In this document: positions 42,290-59,900 of the stretch, one piece after another
Position numbering within the stretch: position 1 is the stretch's first letter
Layout: each line of letters starts with the position of its first letter
NCBI GenBank assembly: GCA_964016885.1
Contig: OZ024741.1
Coordinates: 1,302,001 to 1,366,000, forward strand
Length of the DNA: 64,000 nt
Reading direction: 5' to 3'
Origin: Eledone cirrhosa
Lineage: Eukaryota
Translations under genes and position numbers: made by a program
The notes under the pieces: generated by a model
The model's database searches: none
Seen by the model: only the letters and a program-made list of their open reading frames with translations
Told to the model about the DNA's origin: nothing

Positions 42290-45200
42290 GTAACATCTAC
42301 CTACAGATAGATTAGTAAAAACAATATCTCCTACCTACAGATAGATTATTAAAGGTAACATCTACCTACAGATAGATAATTAAAGGTAATATCTACCTAC
42401 AGATAGATTATTAAAAGTAACATCTACCTACAGATAGATTATTAAAGGTAACATCTACTACCTACAGATAGATTATTAAAGGTAACATCTCCTACCTACA
42501 GATAGATTATTAAATGTAACATCTACCTACCTACAGATAGATTATAAAAGACAACATCTCCTACCTACAGATAGATTGTTAAAGGTACCATCTACCTAGA
42601 GATACATTATTAAAGGTAACATCTCCTACCTACACATAGATTATTAAAGATAACATCTACTACCTACAGTTAGATTATTAAAGGTAACATCTATCTACAG
42701 ATAGATTATTAAAGGTAACATCTCCTACCTGCAGATAGATTATTAAAGGTAACATCTACTACCTACAGATAGATTATTAAAGGTAACATCTCCTACCTAC
42801 AGATAGATTATTAAAGGTAACATCTCCTACCTACAGATAGATTATTAAAGGTAACATCCCCTACCTACAGATAGATTATTAAAGGTAACATCTACCTACA
42901 AATAGATTATTAAAGGTAACATCTCCTACCTGCAGATAGATTATTAAAGGTAACATCTCCTACCTACAGATAGATTATTAAAGGTAACATCTACCTACAG
43001 ATAGATTATTAAAGGTAACATCTCCTACCTACAGATAGATTATTAAAGGTAACATCTACCTACAGATAGATTATTAAAAGTAACATCTCCTACCTACAGA
43101 TAGATTATTAAAGGTAACATCTACCTACAGATAGATTATTAAAGGTAACATCTCCTATCTACAGATAGATTATTAAAGGTAACATCTCCTACCTACAGAT
43201 AGATTATTAAAGGTAACATCTCCTACCTACAGATAGATTATTAAAGGTAACATCTACCTACAGATAGATTATTAAAGACAACATCTCCTACCTACAGATA
43301 GATTATTAAAGGTAACATCTACCTACAGATAGATTATTAAAAGTAACATCTCCTACATACAGATAGATTATTAAAGGTAACATCTACTACCTACAGATAG
43401 ATTATTAAAGGTAACATCTCCTACCTACAGATAGATTATTAAAGGTAACATCTCCTACCTAAAGATAGATTATTAAAGGTAACATCTCCTACCTACAGAT
43501 AGATTATTAAAGGTAACATCTACCTACAGATAGATTATTAAAGGTAACATCTCCTACCTACAGATAGATTATTAAAGGTAACATCTACCTACAGATAGAT
43601 TATTAAAGGTAACATCTACTACCTACAGATAGATTATTAAAGGTAACATCTCCTACCTACAGATAGATTATTAAAGGTAACATCTCCTACCTACAGATAG
43701 ATTATTAAAGGTAACATCTCCTACCTACAGATAGATTATTAAAGGTAACATCTACCTACAGATAGATTAGTAAAAACAATATCTCCTACCTACAGATAGA
43801 TTATTAAAGGTAACATCTACCTACAGATAGATAATTAAAGGTAACATCTACCTACAGATAGATTATTAAAGGTAACATCTACCTACAGATAGATTATTAA
43901 AGGTAACATCTACTACCTACAGATAGATTATTAAAGGTAACATCTCCTACCTACAGATAGATTATTAAAGGTAACTTCTACCTACATATAGATTATTAAA
44001 TGTAACATCTCCTACCTACAGATAGATTATTAAAGGTAACATCTCCTACCTACAGATAGATTATTAAAGGTAACATCTCCTACCTACAGATAGATTATTA
44101 AAGGTAACATCTCCTGCCTTACAGATAGATTATTAAAGGTAACATCTACCTACAGATAGATTATTAAAGGTAACATCTCCTACCTACAGATAGATTATTA
44201 AAGACAACATCTCCTACCTACAGATAGATTATTAAAGGTAACACCTCCTAATTACAGATAGATTATTAAAGACAACATCTCCTACCTAAAGATAGATTAT
44301 TAAACGTAACATCTCCTACCTACAAATAGATTATTAAAGGTAACATCTCCTACCTACAGATAGATTATTAAAGGTAACATCTACCTACAGATAGATGATT
44401 AAACTTAACATCTCCTACCTACAGATAGATTATTAAAGGTAACATCTACCTACAGATAGATTAGTAAAAACAATATCTCCTACCTACAGATAGATTATTA
44501 AAGGTAACATCTACCTACAGATAGATAATTAAAGGTAATATCTACCTACAGATAGATTATTAAAAGTAACATCTACCTACAGATAGATTATTGAAGGTAA
44601 CATCTACTACCTACAGATAGATTATTAAAGGTAACATCTCCTACCTACAGATAGATTATTAAAGGTAACATCTCCTACCTACAGATAGATTATTAAATGT
44701 AACATCTACCTACCTACAGATAGATTATAAAAGACAACATCTCCTACCTACAGATAGATTGTTAAAGGTACCATCTACCTAGAGATACATTATTAAAGGT
44801 AACATCTCCTACCTACACATAGATTATTAAAGATAACATCTACTACCTACAGTTAGATTATTAAAGGTAACATCTATCTACAGATAGATTATTAAAGGTA
44901 ACATCTCCTACCTGCAGATAGATTATTAAAGGTAACATCTACTACCTACAGATAGATTATTAAAGGTAACATCTCCTACCTACAGATAGATTATTAAAGG
45001 TAACATCTCCTACCTACAGATAGATTATTAAAGGTAACATCTCCTACCTACAGATAGATTATTAAAGGTAACATCTACCTACAAATAGATTATTAAAGGT
45101 AACATCTCCTACCTGCAGATAGATTATTAAAGGTAACATCTCCTTCCTACAGATAGATTATTAAAGGTAACATCTACCTACAGATAGATTATTAAAGGTA

Positions 45201-46690
45201 ACATCTCCTACCTACAGATAGATTATTAAAGGTAACATCTACCTACAGATAGATTATTAAAAGTAACATCTCCTACCTACAGATAGATTATTAAAGGTAA
45301 CATCTACCTACAGATAGATTATTAAAAGTAACATCTCCTACCTACAGATAGATTATTAAAGGTAACATCTACCTACAGATAGATTATTAAAGGTAACATC
45401 TCCTATCTACAGATAGATTATTAAAGGTAACATCTCCTACCTACAGATAGATTATTAAAGGTAACATCTCCTACCTACAGATAGATTATTAAAGGTAACA
45501 TCTACCTACAGATAGATTATTAAAGACAACATCTCCTACCTACAGATAGATTATTAAAGGTAACATCTACCTACAGATAGATTATTAAAAGTAACATCTC
45601 CTACATACAGATAGATTATTAAAGGTAACATCTACTACCTACAGATAGATTATTAAAGGTAACATCTCCTACCTACAGATAGATTATTAAAGGTAACATC
45701 TCCTACCTAAAGATAGATTATTAAAGGTAACATCTCCTACCTACAGATAGATTATTAAAGGTAACATCTACCTACAGATAGATTATTAAAGGTAACATCT
45801 CCTACCTACAGATAGATTATTAAAGGTAACATCTACCTACAGATAGATTATTAAAGGTAACATCTACTACCTACAGATAGATTATTAAAGGTAACATCTC
45901 CTACCTACAGATAGATTATTAAAGGTAACATCTCCTACCTACAGATAGATTATTAAAGGTAACATCTCCTACCTACAGATAGATTATTAAAGGTAACATC
46001 TACCTACAGATAGATTAGTAAAAACAATATCTCCTACCTACAGATAGATTATTAAAGGTAACATCTACCTACAGATAGATAATTAAAGGTAACATCTACC
46101 TACAGATAGATTATTAAAGGTAACATCTACCTACAGATAGATTATTAAAGGTAACATCTACTACCTGCAGATAGATTATTAAAGGTAACATCTCCTACCT
46201 ACAGATAGATTATTAAAGGTAACTTCTACCTACATATAGATTATTAAATGTAACATCTCCTACCTACAGATAGATTATTAAAGGTAACATCTCCTACCTA
46301 CAGATAGATTATTAAAGGTAACATCTCCTACCTACAGATAGATTATTAAAGGTAACATCTCCTGCCTTACAGATAGATTATTAAAGGTAACATCTACCTA
46401 CAGATAGATTATTAAAGGTAACATCTCCTACCTACAGATAGATTATTAAAGACAACATCTCCTACCTACAGATAGATTATTAAAGGTAACACCTCCTAAT
46501 TACAGATAGATTATTAAAGACAACATCTCCTACCTAAAGATAGATTATTAAACGTAACATCTCCTACCTACAAATAGATTATTAAAGGTAACATCTCCTA
46601 CCTACAGATAGATTATTAAAGGTAACATCTACCTACAGATAGATGATTAAACTTAACATCTCCTACCTACAGATAGATTATTAAAGGTAA
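42290..46690. repeat. Tandem block duplication, offset ~2149-2248 bp
   Basis: ATTAGTAAAAACAATAT 42311/44460 (2149), KpnI 42584/44767 (2183), GCCTTA 44116/46364 (2248). The offsets step by 34 and 65 bp, i.e. whole-monomer indels. Confidence 0.75.
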
Positions 46691-48949
46691 CATCTAACTA
46701 CAGATAGATTATTAAAGGTAACATCTCCTACCTACAGATAGATTATTAAAGGTAACATCTACTACCTACAGATAGATTATTAAAGGTAACATCTCCTACC
46801 TACAGATAGATTATTAAAGGTAACATCTCCTATCTACAGATAGATTATTAAAGGTAACATCTCCCACCTACAGATAGATTATTAAAGGTAACATCTACCT
46901 ACAGATAGATTATTAAAAGTAACATCTCCTACCTACAGATAGATTATTAAAGGTAACATCTACCTACAGATAGATTATTAAAGGTAACATCTCCTATCTA
47001 CAGATAGATTATTAAAGGTAACATCTCCTACCTACAGATAGATTATTAAAGGTAACATCTCCTACCTACAGATAGATTATTAAAGGTAACATCTACCTAC
47101 AGATAGATTATTAAAGACAACATCTCCTACCTACAGATAGATTATTAAAGGTAACATCTACCTACAGATAGATTATTAAAGGTAACATCTCCTACCTACA
47201 GATAGATTATTAAAGGTAACATCTACCTACAGATAGATTATTAAAGACAATATCTCCTACCTACAGATAGATTATTAAAGGTAACATCTACCTACAGATA
47301 GATTATTAAAGGTAACATCTCCTATCTACAGATAGATTATTAAATGTAACATCTAACTACAGATAGATTATTTAAGGTAACATCTCCTACCTACAAATAG
47401 ATTATTAAAGGTAACAACTCCTACCTACAGATAGATTATTAAAGGTAACATCTCCTACCTACAGATAGATTATTAAAGGTAACATCTACCTACAGATAGA
47501 TTATTAAAGGTAACATCTACCTACAGATATATTATTAAAGATAACATCTCCTAACTACAGATAGATTATTAAAGGTAACATCTACCTACAGATAGATTAT
47601 TAAAGGTAACAACTACCTACAGAGAGATTATTAAAGGTAACATCTCCTACCTACAGATAGATTATTAAAGGTAACATCTACCTACAGATAGATTATTAAA
47701 GGTAACATCTCCTACCTACATATAGATTATTAAAGGTAACATCTCCTACCTACAGATAGATTATTAACGGTAACATCTCCTACCTACAGATAGATTATTA
47801 AAGGTAACATCTCCTACCTACAGATAGACTATTAAAGGTAACATCTACCTACAGATAGAATATTAAAGGTAACATCTCCTACCTACAGATAGATTAATAA
47901 AAGTAACATCTACCTACAGATAGATTATTAAAGGCAACATCTCCTACCTACAGATAGATTAATAAAAGTAACATCTCCTACCTACAGATAGATTATTAAA
48001 GGTAACATCTACCTACAGATAGAATATTAAAGGTAACATCTCCTACCAACAGATAGATTATTAAAGGTAACATCTACCTACAGATAGGTTATTAAAGGTA
48101 ACATCTACCTACAGATAGATTATTCAAGGTAACATCTCCTACCTACAGATAGATTATTAAAGGTAACATCTCCTACCTACATATAGATTATTAAAGGTAA
48201 CATCTCCTACCTACAGATAGATTATTAAAGGTAACATCTACTTACAGATAGATTATTAAAGACAACATCTCCTGCAGATAGATTATTAAAGGTAACATCT
48301 CCTACCTACAGATAGATTATTAAAGGTAACATCTCCTAAATACAGATAGATTATTAAAGGTAACATCTACCTACAGATAGATTATTAAAGGTAACATCTC
48401 CTACCTACAGATAGATTATTAAAGGTAACATCTCCTACCTACAGATAGATTATTAAAGGTAACATCTCCTACATACAGATAGATTATTAAAGGTAACACC
48501 TCCTACCTACAGATAGATTATTAAAGGTAACATCTACTACCTACGGATAGATTATTAAAGACAACATCTCCTACCTACAGATAGATTATTAAAGGTAACA
48601 TCTCCTACCTACAGATAGATTATTAAAGGTAACATCTCCTACCTACAGATAGATTATTAAAGGTAACATCTACCTACAGATAGATTATTAAAGACAACAT
48701 CTCCTACCTACAGATAGATTATTAAAGGTAACATCTACCTACAGATAGATTATTAAAGGTAACATCTACCTACAGATAGATTATTAAAGGTAACATCTCC
48801 TATCTACAGATAGATTATTAAAAACAACATCTCCTACCTACAGATAGATTATTAAATACAACATCTAACTACAGATAGATTATTTAAGGTAACATCTCCT
48901 ACCTACAAATAGATTATTAAAGGTAACAACTCCTACCTACAGATAGATT

Positions 48950-51900
48950 AGTAAAGGTAACATCTCCTACCTACAGATAGATTATTAAAGGTAACATCTC
49001 CTACCTACAGATAGACTATTAAAGGTAACATCTACCTACAGATAGAATATTAAAGGTAACATCTCCTACCTACAGATAGATTATTAAAGGTAACATCTAG
49101 CTACAGATAGATTATTAAAGGTAACATCTACTACCTACAGATAGATTATTAAAGGTAACATCTCCTACCTACAGATAGATTATTAAAGGTAACATCTCCT
49201 ACCTACAGATAGATTATAAAAAACAATATCTCCTACCTACAGATAGATTATTAAAGGTAACATCTACCTACAGATAGATAATTAAAGGTAACATCTACCT
49301 ACAGATAGATTATTAAAGGTAACATCTACCTACAGATAGATTATTAAAGGTAACATCTACTACCTACAGATAGATTATTAAAGGTAACATCTCCTACCTA
49401 CAGATAGATTATTAAAGGTAACTTCTACCTACAGATAGATTATTAAATGTAACATCTCCTACCTACAGATAGATTATTAAAGGTAACATCTCCTACCTAC
49501 AGATAGATTATTAAAGGTAACATCTCCTACCTACAGATAGATTATTAAAGGTAACATCTCCTGCCTTACAGATAGATTATTAAAGGTAACATCTACCTAC
49601 AGATAGATTATTAAAGGTAACATCTACTTACAGATAGATTATTAAAGGTAACATCTCCTACCTACAGATAGATTATTAAAGACAACATCTCCTACCTACA
49701 GATAGATTATTAAAGGTAACATCTACCTACAGATAGATTATTAAAGGTAACATCTCCTAATTACAGATAGATTATTAAAGACAACATCTCCTACCTACAG
49801 ATAGATTATTAAAGGTAACATCTACCTACAGATAGATGATTAAACTTAACATCTCCTACCTACAGATAGATTATTAAAGGTAACATCTAACTACAGATAG
49901 ATTATTAAAGGTAACATCTCCTACCTACAGATGGATTATTAAAGGTAACATCTCCTACCTACAGATAGATTATTAAAGGTAACATCTCCCACCTACAGAT
50001 AGATTATTAAAGGTAATATCTACCTACAGATAGATTATTAAAAGTAACATCTCCTACCTACAGATAGATTATTAAAGGTAACATCTACCTACAGATAGAT
50101 TATTAAAGGTAACATCTCCTATCTACAGATAGATTATTAAAGGTAACATCTCCTACCTACAGATAGATTATTAAAGGTAACATCTCCTACCTACAGATAG
50201 ATTATTAAAGGTAACATCTACCTACAGATAGATTATTAAAGACAACATCTCCTACCTACAGATAGATTATTAAAGGTAACATCTACCTACAGATAGATTA
50301 TTAAAGGTAACATCTACCTACAGATAGATTATTAAAGGTAACATCTCCTATCTACAGATAGATTATTAAAAACAACATCTCCTACCTACAGATAGATTAT
50401 TAAATATAACATCTAACTACAGATAGATTATTTAAGGTAACATCTCCTACCTACAAATAGATTATTAAAGGTAACAACTCCTACCTACAGATAGATTAGT
50501 AAAGGTAACATCTCCTACCTACAGATAGATTATTAAAGGTAACATCTCCTACCTACAGATAGACTATTAAAGGTAACATCTACCTACAGATAGAATATTA
50601 AAGGTAACATCTCCTACCTACAGATAGATTAATAAAAGTAACATCTACCTACAGATAGATTATTAAAGGCAACATCTCCTACCTACAGATAGATTAATAA
50701 AAGTAACATCTCCTACCTACAGATAGATTATTAAAGGTAACATCTACCTACAGATAGAATATTAAAGGTAACATCTCCAACCAACAGATAGATTATTAAA
50801 GGTAACATCTACCTACAGATAGGTTATTAAAGGTAACATCTACCTACAGATAGATTATTCAAGGTAACATCTCCTACCTACAGATAGATTATTAAAGGTA
50901 ATATCTCCTACCTACATATAGATTATTAAAGGTAACATCTCCTACCTACAGATAGATTATTAAAGGTAACATCTACTTACAGATAGATTATTAAAGACAA
51001 CATCTCCTGCAGATAGATTATTAAAGGTAACATCTCCTACCTACAGATAGATTATTAAAGGTAACATCTCCTACCTACAGATAGACTATTAAAGGTAACA
51101 TCTACCTACAGATAGAATATTAAAGGTAACATCTCCTACCTACAGATAGATTAATAAAAGTAACATCTACCTACAGATAGATTATTAAAGGCAACATCTC
51201 CTACCTACAGATAGATTAATAAAAGTAACATCTCCTACCTACAGATAGATTATTAAAGGTAACATCTACCTACAGATAGAATATTAAAGGTAACATCTCC
51301 TACCAACAGATAGATTATTAAAGGTAACATCTACCTACAGATAGGTTATTAAAGGTAACATCTACCTACAGATAGATTATTCAAGGTAACATCTCCTACC
51401 TACAGATAGATTATTAAAGGTAACATCTCCTACCTACATATAGATTATTAAAGGTAACATCTCCTACCTACAGATAGATTATTAAAGGTAACATCTACTT
51501 ACAGATAGATTATTAAAGACAACATCTCCTGCAGATAGATTATTAAAGGTAACATCTCCTACCTACAGATAGATTATTAAAGGTAACATCTCCTACCTAC
51601 AGATAGATTATTAAAGGTAACATCTCCTACCTACAGATAGATTATTAAAGGTAACATCTACCTACAGATAGATTATTAAAGGTAACATCTACCTACAGAT
51701 AGATTATTAAAGGTAACATCTCCTACCTACAGATAGATTATTAAAGGTAACATCTCCTACATACAGATAGATTAGTAAAGGTAACATCTCCTACCTACAG
51801 ATAGATTATTAAAGGTAACATCTCCTACCTACAGATAGACTATTAAAGGTAACATCTACCTACAGATAGAATATTAAAGGTAACATCTCCTACCTACAGA

Positions 51901-53750
51901 TAGATTATTAAAGGTAACATCTACCTACAGATAGATTATTAAAGGTAACATCTACTACCTACAGATAGATTATTAAAGGTAACATCTCCTACCTACAGAT
52001 AGATTATTAAAGGTAACATCTCCTACCTACAGATAGATTATAAAAAACAATATCTCCTACCTACAGATAGATTATTAAAGGTAACATCTACCTACAGATA
52101 GATAATTAAAGGTAACATCTACCTACAGATAGATTATTAAAGGTAACATCTACCTACAGATAGATTATTAAAGGTAACATCTACTACCTACAGATAGATT
52201 ATTAAAGGTAACATCTCCTACCTACAGATAGATTATTAAAGGTAACTTCTACCTACAGATAGATTATTAAATGTAACATCTCCTACCTACAGATAGATTA
52301 TTAAAGGTAACATCTCCTACCTACAGATAGATTATTAAAGGTAACATCTCCTACCTACAGATAGATTATTAAAGGTAACATCTCCTGCCTTACAGATAGA
52401 TTATTAAAGGTAACATCTACCTACAGATAGATTATTAAAGGTAACATCTCCTAATTACAGATAGATTATTAAAGACAACATCTCCTACCTACAGATAGAT
52501 TATTAAAGGTAACATCTACCTACAGATAGATGATTAAACTTAACATCTCCTACCTACAGATAGATTATTAAAGGTAACATCTAACTACAGATAGATTATT
52601 AAAGGTAACATCTCCTACCTACAGATGGATTATTAAAGGTAACATCTCCTACCTACAGATAGATTATTAAAGGTAACATCTCCCACCTACAGATAGATTA
52701 TTAAAGGTAATATCTACCTACAGATAGATTATTAAAAGTAACATCTCCTACCTACAGATAGATTATTAAAGGTAACATCTACCTACAGATAGATTATTAA
52801 AGGTAACATCTCCTATCTACAGATAGATTATTAAAGGTAACATCTCCTACCTACAGATAGATTATTAAAGGTAACATCTCCTACCTACAGATAGATTATT
52901 AAAGGTAACATCTACCTACAGATAGATTATTAAAGACAACATCTCCTACCTACAGATAGATTATTAAAGGTAACATCTACCTACAGATAGATTATTAAAG
53001 GTAACATCTACCTACAGATAGATTATTAAAGGTAACATCTCCTATCTACAGATAGATTATTAAAAACAACATCTCCTACCTACAGATAGATTATTAAATA
53101 TAACATCTTACTACAGATAGATTATTTAAGGTAACATCTCCTACCTACAAATAGATTATTAAAGGTAACAACTCCTACCTACAGATAGATTAGTAAAGGT
53201 AACATCTCCTACCTACAGATAGATTATTAAAGGTAACATCTCCTACCTACAGATAGACTATTAAAGGTAACATCTACCTACAGATAGAATATTAAAGGTA
53301 ACATCTCCTACCTACAGATAGATTAATAAAAGTAACATCTACCTACAGATAGATTATTAAAGGCAACATCTCCTACCTACAGATAGATTAATAAAAGTAA
53401 CATCTCCTACCTACAGATAGATTATTAAAGGTAACATCTACCTACAGATAGAATATTAAAGGTAACATCTCCTACCAACAGATAGATTATTAAAGGTAAC
53501 ATCTACCTACAGATAGATAATTAAAGGTAACATCTACCTACAGATAGATTATTCAAGGTAACATCTCCTACCTACAGATAGATTATTAAAGGTAACATCT
53601 CCTACCTACATATAGATTATTAAAGGTAACATCTCCTACCTACAGATAGATTATTAAAGGTAACATCTACTTACAGATAGATTATTAAAGACAACATCTC
53701 CTGCAGATAGATTATTAAAGGTAACATCTCCTACCTACAGATAGATTATT
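48950..53750. repeat. Block duplication, offset 2824 then 2694 bp, with an internal 522-bp duplication
   Basis: GCCTTA 49563/52387 (2824); ATGGATT 49931/52625 and PstI 51007/53701 (2694, after a 130-bp = 4-monomer loss); PstI 51007/51529 (522). Confidence 0.75.
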
Positions 53751-53979
53751 AAAGGTAACATCTCCTAAATACAGATAGATTATTAAAGGTAACATCTACC
53801 TACAGATAGATTATTAAAGGTAACATCTCCTACCTACAGATAGATTATTAAAGGTAACATCTCCTACCTACAGATAGATTATTAAAGGTAACATCTCCTA
53901 CCTACAGATAGATTATTAAAGGTAACATCTACCTACAGATAGATTATTAAAGGTAACATCTACCTACAGATAGATTATT

Positions 53980-56900
53980 AAAGGTAACATCTCCTACCTA
54001 CAGATAGATTATTAAAGGTAACATCTCCTACATACAGATAGATTATTAAAGGTAACACCTCCTACCTACAGATAGATTATTAAAGGTAACATCTACTACC
54101 TACGGATAGATTATTAAAGACAACATCTCCTACCTACAGATAGATTATTAAAGGTAACATCTCCTACCTACAGATAGATTATTAAAGGCAACATCTCCTA
54201 CAGATAGATTATTAAAGACAACATCCCCTACCTACAGATAGATTATTAAAGGTAACATCTCCTACCTACAGATAGATTATTAAAGGTAACATCTCCTACC
54301 TACAGATAGATTATTAAAGGCAACATCTCCTACAGATAGATTATTAAAGACAACATCCCCTACCAACAGATAGATTATTAAAGGTAACATCTCCTACCTA
54401 CAGATAGATTATTAAAGGTAACATCTCCTACCTACAGATAGATTATTAAATGTAACATCTACCTACCTACAGATAGATTATAAAAGACAACATCTCCTAC
54501 CTACAGATAGATTGTTAAAGGTACCATCTACCTACAGATACATTATTAAAGGTAACATCTCCTACCTACACATAGATTATTAAAGATAACATCTACTACC
54601 TACAGTTAGATTATTAAAGGTAACATCTATCTACAGATAGATTATTAAAGGTAACATCTCCTACCTACAGATAGATTATTAAAGGTAACATCTACCTACA
54701 AATAGATTATTAAAGGTAACATCTCCTACCTGCAGATAGATTATTAAAGGTAACATCTCCTACCTACAGATAGATTATTAAAGGTAACATCTCCTACCTA
54801 CAGATAGATTATTAAATGTAACATCTACCTACCTACAGATAGATTATAAAAGACAACATCTCCTACCTACAGATAGATTGTTAAAGGTACCATCTACCTA
54901 CAGATACATTATTAAATGTAACATCTCCTACCTACACATAGATTATTAAAGATAACATCTACTACCTACAGTTAGATTATTAAAGGTAACATCTATCTAC
55001 AGATAGATTATTAAAGGTAACATCTCCTACCTACAGATAGATTATTAAAGGTAACATCTACCTACAAATAGATTATTAAAGGTAACATCTCCCACCTGCA
55101 GATAGATTATTAAAGGTAACATCTCCTACCTACAGATAGATTATTAAAGGTAACATCTACCTACAGATAGATTATTAAAGGTAACATCTCCTACCTACAG
55201 ATAGATCATTAAAGGTAACATCTACCTACAGATAGATTATTAAAAGTAACATCTCCTACATACAGATAGATTATTAAAGGTAACATCTACTACCTACAGA
55301 TAGATTATTAAAGGTAACATCTCCTACCTACAGATAGATTATTAAAGGTAACATCTCCTACCTACAGATAGATTATTAAAGGTAACATCTCCTACCTACA
55401 GATAGATTATTAAAGGTAACATCTACCTACAGATAGATTATTAAAGGTAACATCTCCTACCTACAGATAGATTATTAAAGGTAACATCTACCTACAGATA
55501 GATTATTAAAGGTAACATCTACTACCTACAGATAGATTATTAAAGGTAACATCTCCTACCTACAGATAGATTATTAAAGGTAACATCTCCTACCTACAGA
55601 TAGATTATTAAAGGTAACATCTCCTACCTACAGATAGATTATTAAAGGTAACATCTACCTACAGATAGATTATAAAAAACAATATCTCCTACCTACAGAT
55701 AGATTATTAACGGTAACATCTACCTACAGATAGATAATTAAAGGTAACATCTACCTACAGATAGAATATTAAAGGTAACATCTACCTACAGATAGATTAT
55801 TAAAGGTAACATCTACTACCTACAGATAGATTATTAAAGGTAACATCTCCTACCTACAGATAGATTATTAAAGGTAACTTCTACCTACAGATAGATTATT
55901 AAATGTAACATCTCCTACCTACAGATAGATTATTAAAGGTAACATCTCCTACCTACAGATAGATTATTAAAGGTAACATCTCCTACCTACAGATAGATTA
56001 TTAAAGGTAACATCTCCTGCCTTACAGATAGATTATTAAAGGTAACATCTACCTACAGATAGATTATTAAAGGTAACATCTACTTACAGATAGATTATTA
56101 AAGGTAACATCTCCTACCTACAGATAGATTATTAAAGACAACATCTCCTACCTACAGATAGATTATTAAAGGTAACATCTACCTACAGATAGATTATTAA
56201 AGGTAACATCTCCTAATTACAGATAGATTATTAAAGACAACATCTCCTACCTACAGATAGATTATTAAAGGTAACATCTACCTACAGATAGATGATTAAA
56301 CTTAACATCTCCTACCTACAGATAGATTATTAAAGGTAACATCTCCTACCTACAGATGGATTATTAAAGGTAACATCTCCTACCTACAGATAGATTATTA
56401 AAGGTAACATCTCCCACCTACAGATAGATTATTAAAGGTAATATCTACCTACAGATAGATTATTAAAAGTAACATCTCCTACCTACAGATAGATTATTAA
56501 AGGTAACATCTACCTACAGATAGATTATTAAAGGTAACATCTCCTATCTACAGATAGATTATTAAAGGTAACATCTCCTACCTACAGATAGATTATTAAA
56601 GGTAACATCTCCTACCTACAGATAGATTATTAAAGGTAACATCTACCTACAGATAGATTATTAAAGACAACATCTCCTACCTACAGATAGATTATTAAAG
56701 GTAACATCTACCTACAGATAGATTATTAAAGGTAACATCTCCTACCTACAGATAGATTATTAAAGGTAACATCTACCTACAGATAGATTATTAAAGACAA
56801 CATCTCCTACCTACAGATAGATTATTAAAGGTAACATCTCCTACCTACAGATAGATTATTAAAGGTAACATCTCCTACCTACAGATAGATTATTAAATGT

Positions 56901-59900
56901 AACATCTACCTACCTACAGATAGATTATAAAAGACAACATCTCCTACCTACAGATAGATTGTTAAAGGTACCATCTACCTACAGATACATTATTAAAGGT
57001 AACATCTCCTACCTACACATAGATTATTAAAGATAACATCTACTACCTACAGTTAGATTATTAAAGGTAACATCTACCTACAGATAGATTATTAAAAGTA
57101 ACATCTCCTACATACAGATAGTATATTAAAGGTAACATCTACTACCTACAGATAGATTATTAAAGGTAACATCTCCTACCTACAGATAGATTATTAAAGG
57201 TAACATCTCCTACCTACAGATAGATTATTAAAGGTAACATCTCCTACATACAGATAGATTATTAAAGGTAACATCTACCTACAGATAGATTATTAAAGGT
57301 AACATCTCCTACCTACAGATAGATTATTAAAGGTAACATCTACCTACAGATAGATTATTAAAGGTAACATCTACTACCTACAGATAGATTATTAAAGGTA
57401 ACATCTCCTACCTACAGATAGATTATTAAAGGTAACATCTCCTACCTACAGATAGATTATTAAAGGTAACATCTCCTACCTACAGATAGATTATTAAAGG
57501 TAACATCTACCTACAGATAGATTATAAAAAACAATATCTCCTACCTACAGATAGATTATTAAAGGTAACATCTACCTACAGATAGATAATTAAAGGTAAC
57601 ATCTACCTACAGATAGATTATTAAAGGTAACATCTACCTACAGATAGATTATTAAAGGTAACATCTACTACCTACAGATAGATTATTAAAGGTAACATCT
57701 CCTACCTACAGATAGATTATTAAAGGTAACTTCTACCTACAGATAGATTATTAAATGTAACATCTCCTACCTACAGATAGATGATTAAACTTAACATCTC
57801 CTACCTACAGATAGATTATTAAAGGTAACATCTCCTACCTACAGATGGATTATTAAAGGTAACATCTCCTACCTACAGATAGATTATTAAAGGTAACATC
57901 TCCCACCTACAGATAGATTATTAAAGGTAATATCTACCTACAGATAGATTATTAAAAGTAACATCTCCTACCTACAGATAGATTATTAAAGGTAACATCT
58001 ACCTACAGATAGATTATTAAAGGTAACATCTCCTATCTACAGATAGATTATTAAAGGTAACATCTCCTACCTACAGATAGATTATTAAAGGTAACATCTC
58101 CTACCTACAGATAGATTATTAAAGGTAACATCTACCTACAGATAGATTATTAAAGACAACATCTCCTACCTACAGATAGATTATTAAAGGTAACATCTAC
58201 CTACAGATAGATTATTAAAGGTAACATCTCCTACCTACAGATAGATTATTAAAGGTAACATCTACCTACAGATAGATTATTAAAGACAACATCTCCTACC
58301 TACAGATAGATTATTAAAGGTAACATCTCCTACCTACAGATAGATTATTAAAGGTAACATCTCCTACCTACAGATAGATTATTAAATGTAACATCTACCT
58401 ACCTACAGATAGATTATAAAAGACAACATCTCCTACCTACAGATAGATTGTTAAAGGTACCATCTACCTACAGATACATTATTAAAGGTAACATCTCCTA
58501 CCTACACATAGATTATTAAAGATAACATCTACTACCTACAGTTAGATTATTAAAGGTAACATCTACCTACAGATAGATTATTAAAAGTAACATCTCCTAC
58601 ATACAGATAGTATATTAAAGGTAACATCTACTACCTACAGATAGATTATTAAAGGTAACATCTCCTACCTACAGATAGATTATTAAAGGTAACATCTCCT
58701 ACCTACAGATAGATTATTAAAGGTAACATCTCCTACATACAGATAGATTATTAAAGGTAACATCTACCTACAGATAGATTATTAAAGGTAACATCTCCTA
58801 CCTACAGATAGATTATTAAAGGTAACATCTACCTACAGATAGATTATTAAAGGTAACATCTACTACCTACAGATAGATTATTAAAGGTAACATCTCCTAC
58901 CTACAGATAGATTATTAAAGGTAACATCTCCTACCTACAGATAGATTATTAAAGGTAACATCTCCTACCTACAGATAGATTATTAAAGGTAACATCTACC
59001 TACAGATAGATTATAAAAAACAATATCTCCTACCTACAGATAGATTATTAAAGGTAACATCTACCTACAGATAGATAATTAAAGGTAACATCTACCTACA
59101 GATAGATTATTAAAGGTAACATCTACCTACAGATAGATTATTAAAGGTAACATCTACTACCTACAGATAGATTATTAAAGGTAACATCTCCTACCTACAG
59201 ATAGATTATTAAAGGTAACTTCTACCTACAGATAGATTATTAAATGTAACATCTCCTACCTACAGATAGATTATTAAAGGTAACATCTCCTACCTACAGA
59301 TAGATTATTAAAGGTAACATCTCCTACCTACAGATAGATTATTAAAGGTAACATCTCCTGCCTTACAGATAGATTATTAAAGGTAACATCTACCTACAGA
59401 TAGATTATTAAAGGTAACATCTACTTACAGATAGATTATTAAAGGTAACATCTCCTACCTACAGATAGATTATTAAAGACAACATCTCCTACCTACAGAT
59501 AGATTATTAAAGGTAACATCTACCTACAGATAGATTATTAAAGGTAACATCTCCTAATTACAGATATATTATTAAAGACAACATCTCCTACCTACAGATA
59601 GATTATTAAAGGTAACATCTACCTACAGATAGATGATTAAACTTAACATCTCCTACCTACAGATAGATTATTAAAGGTAACATCTAAATACAGATAGATT
59701 ATTAAAGGTAACATCTCCTACCTACAGATGGATTATTAAAGGTAACATCTCCTACCTACAGATAGATTATTAAAGGTAACATCTCCCACCTACAGATAGA
59801 TTATTAAAGGTAATATCTACCTACAGATAGATTATTAAAAGTAACATCTCCTACCTACAGATAGATTATTAAAGGTAACATCTACCTACAGATAGATTAT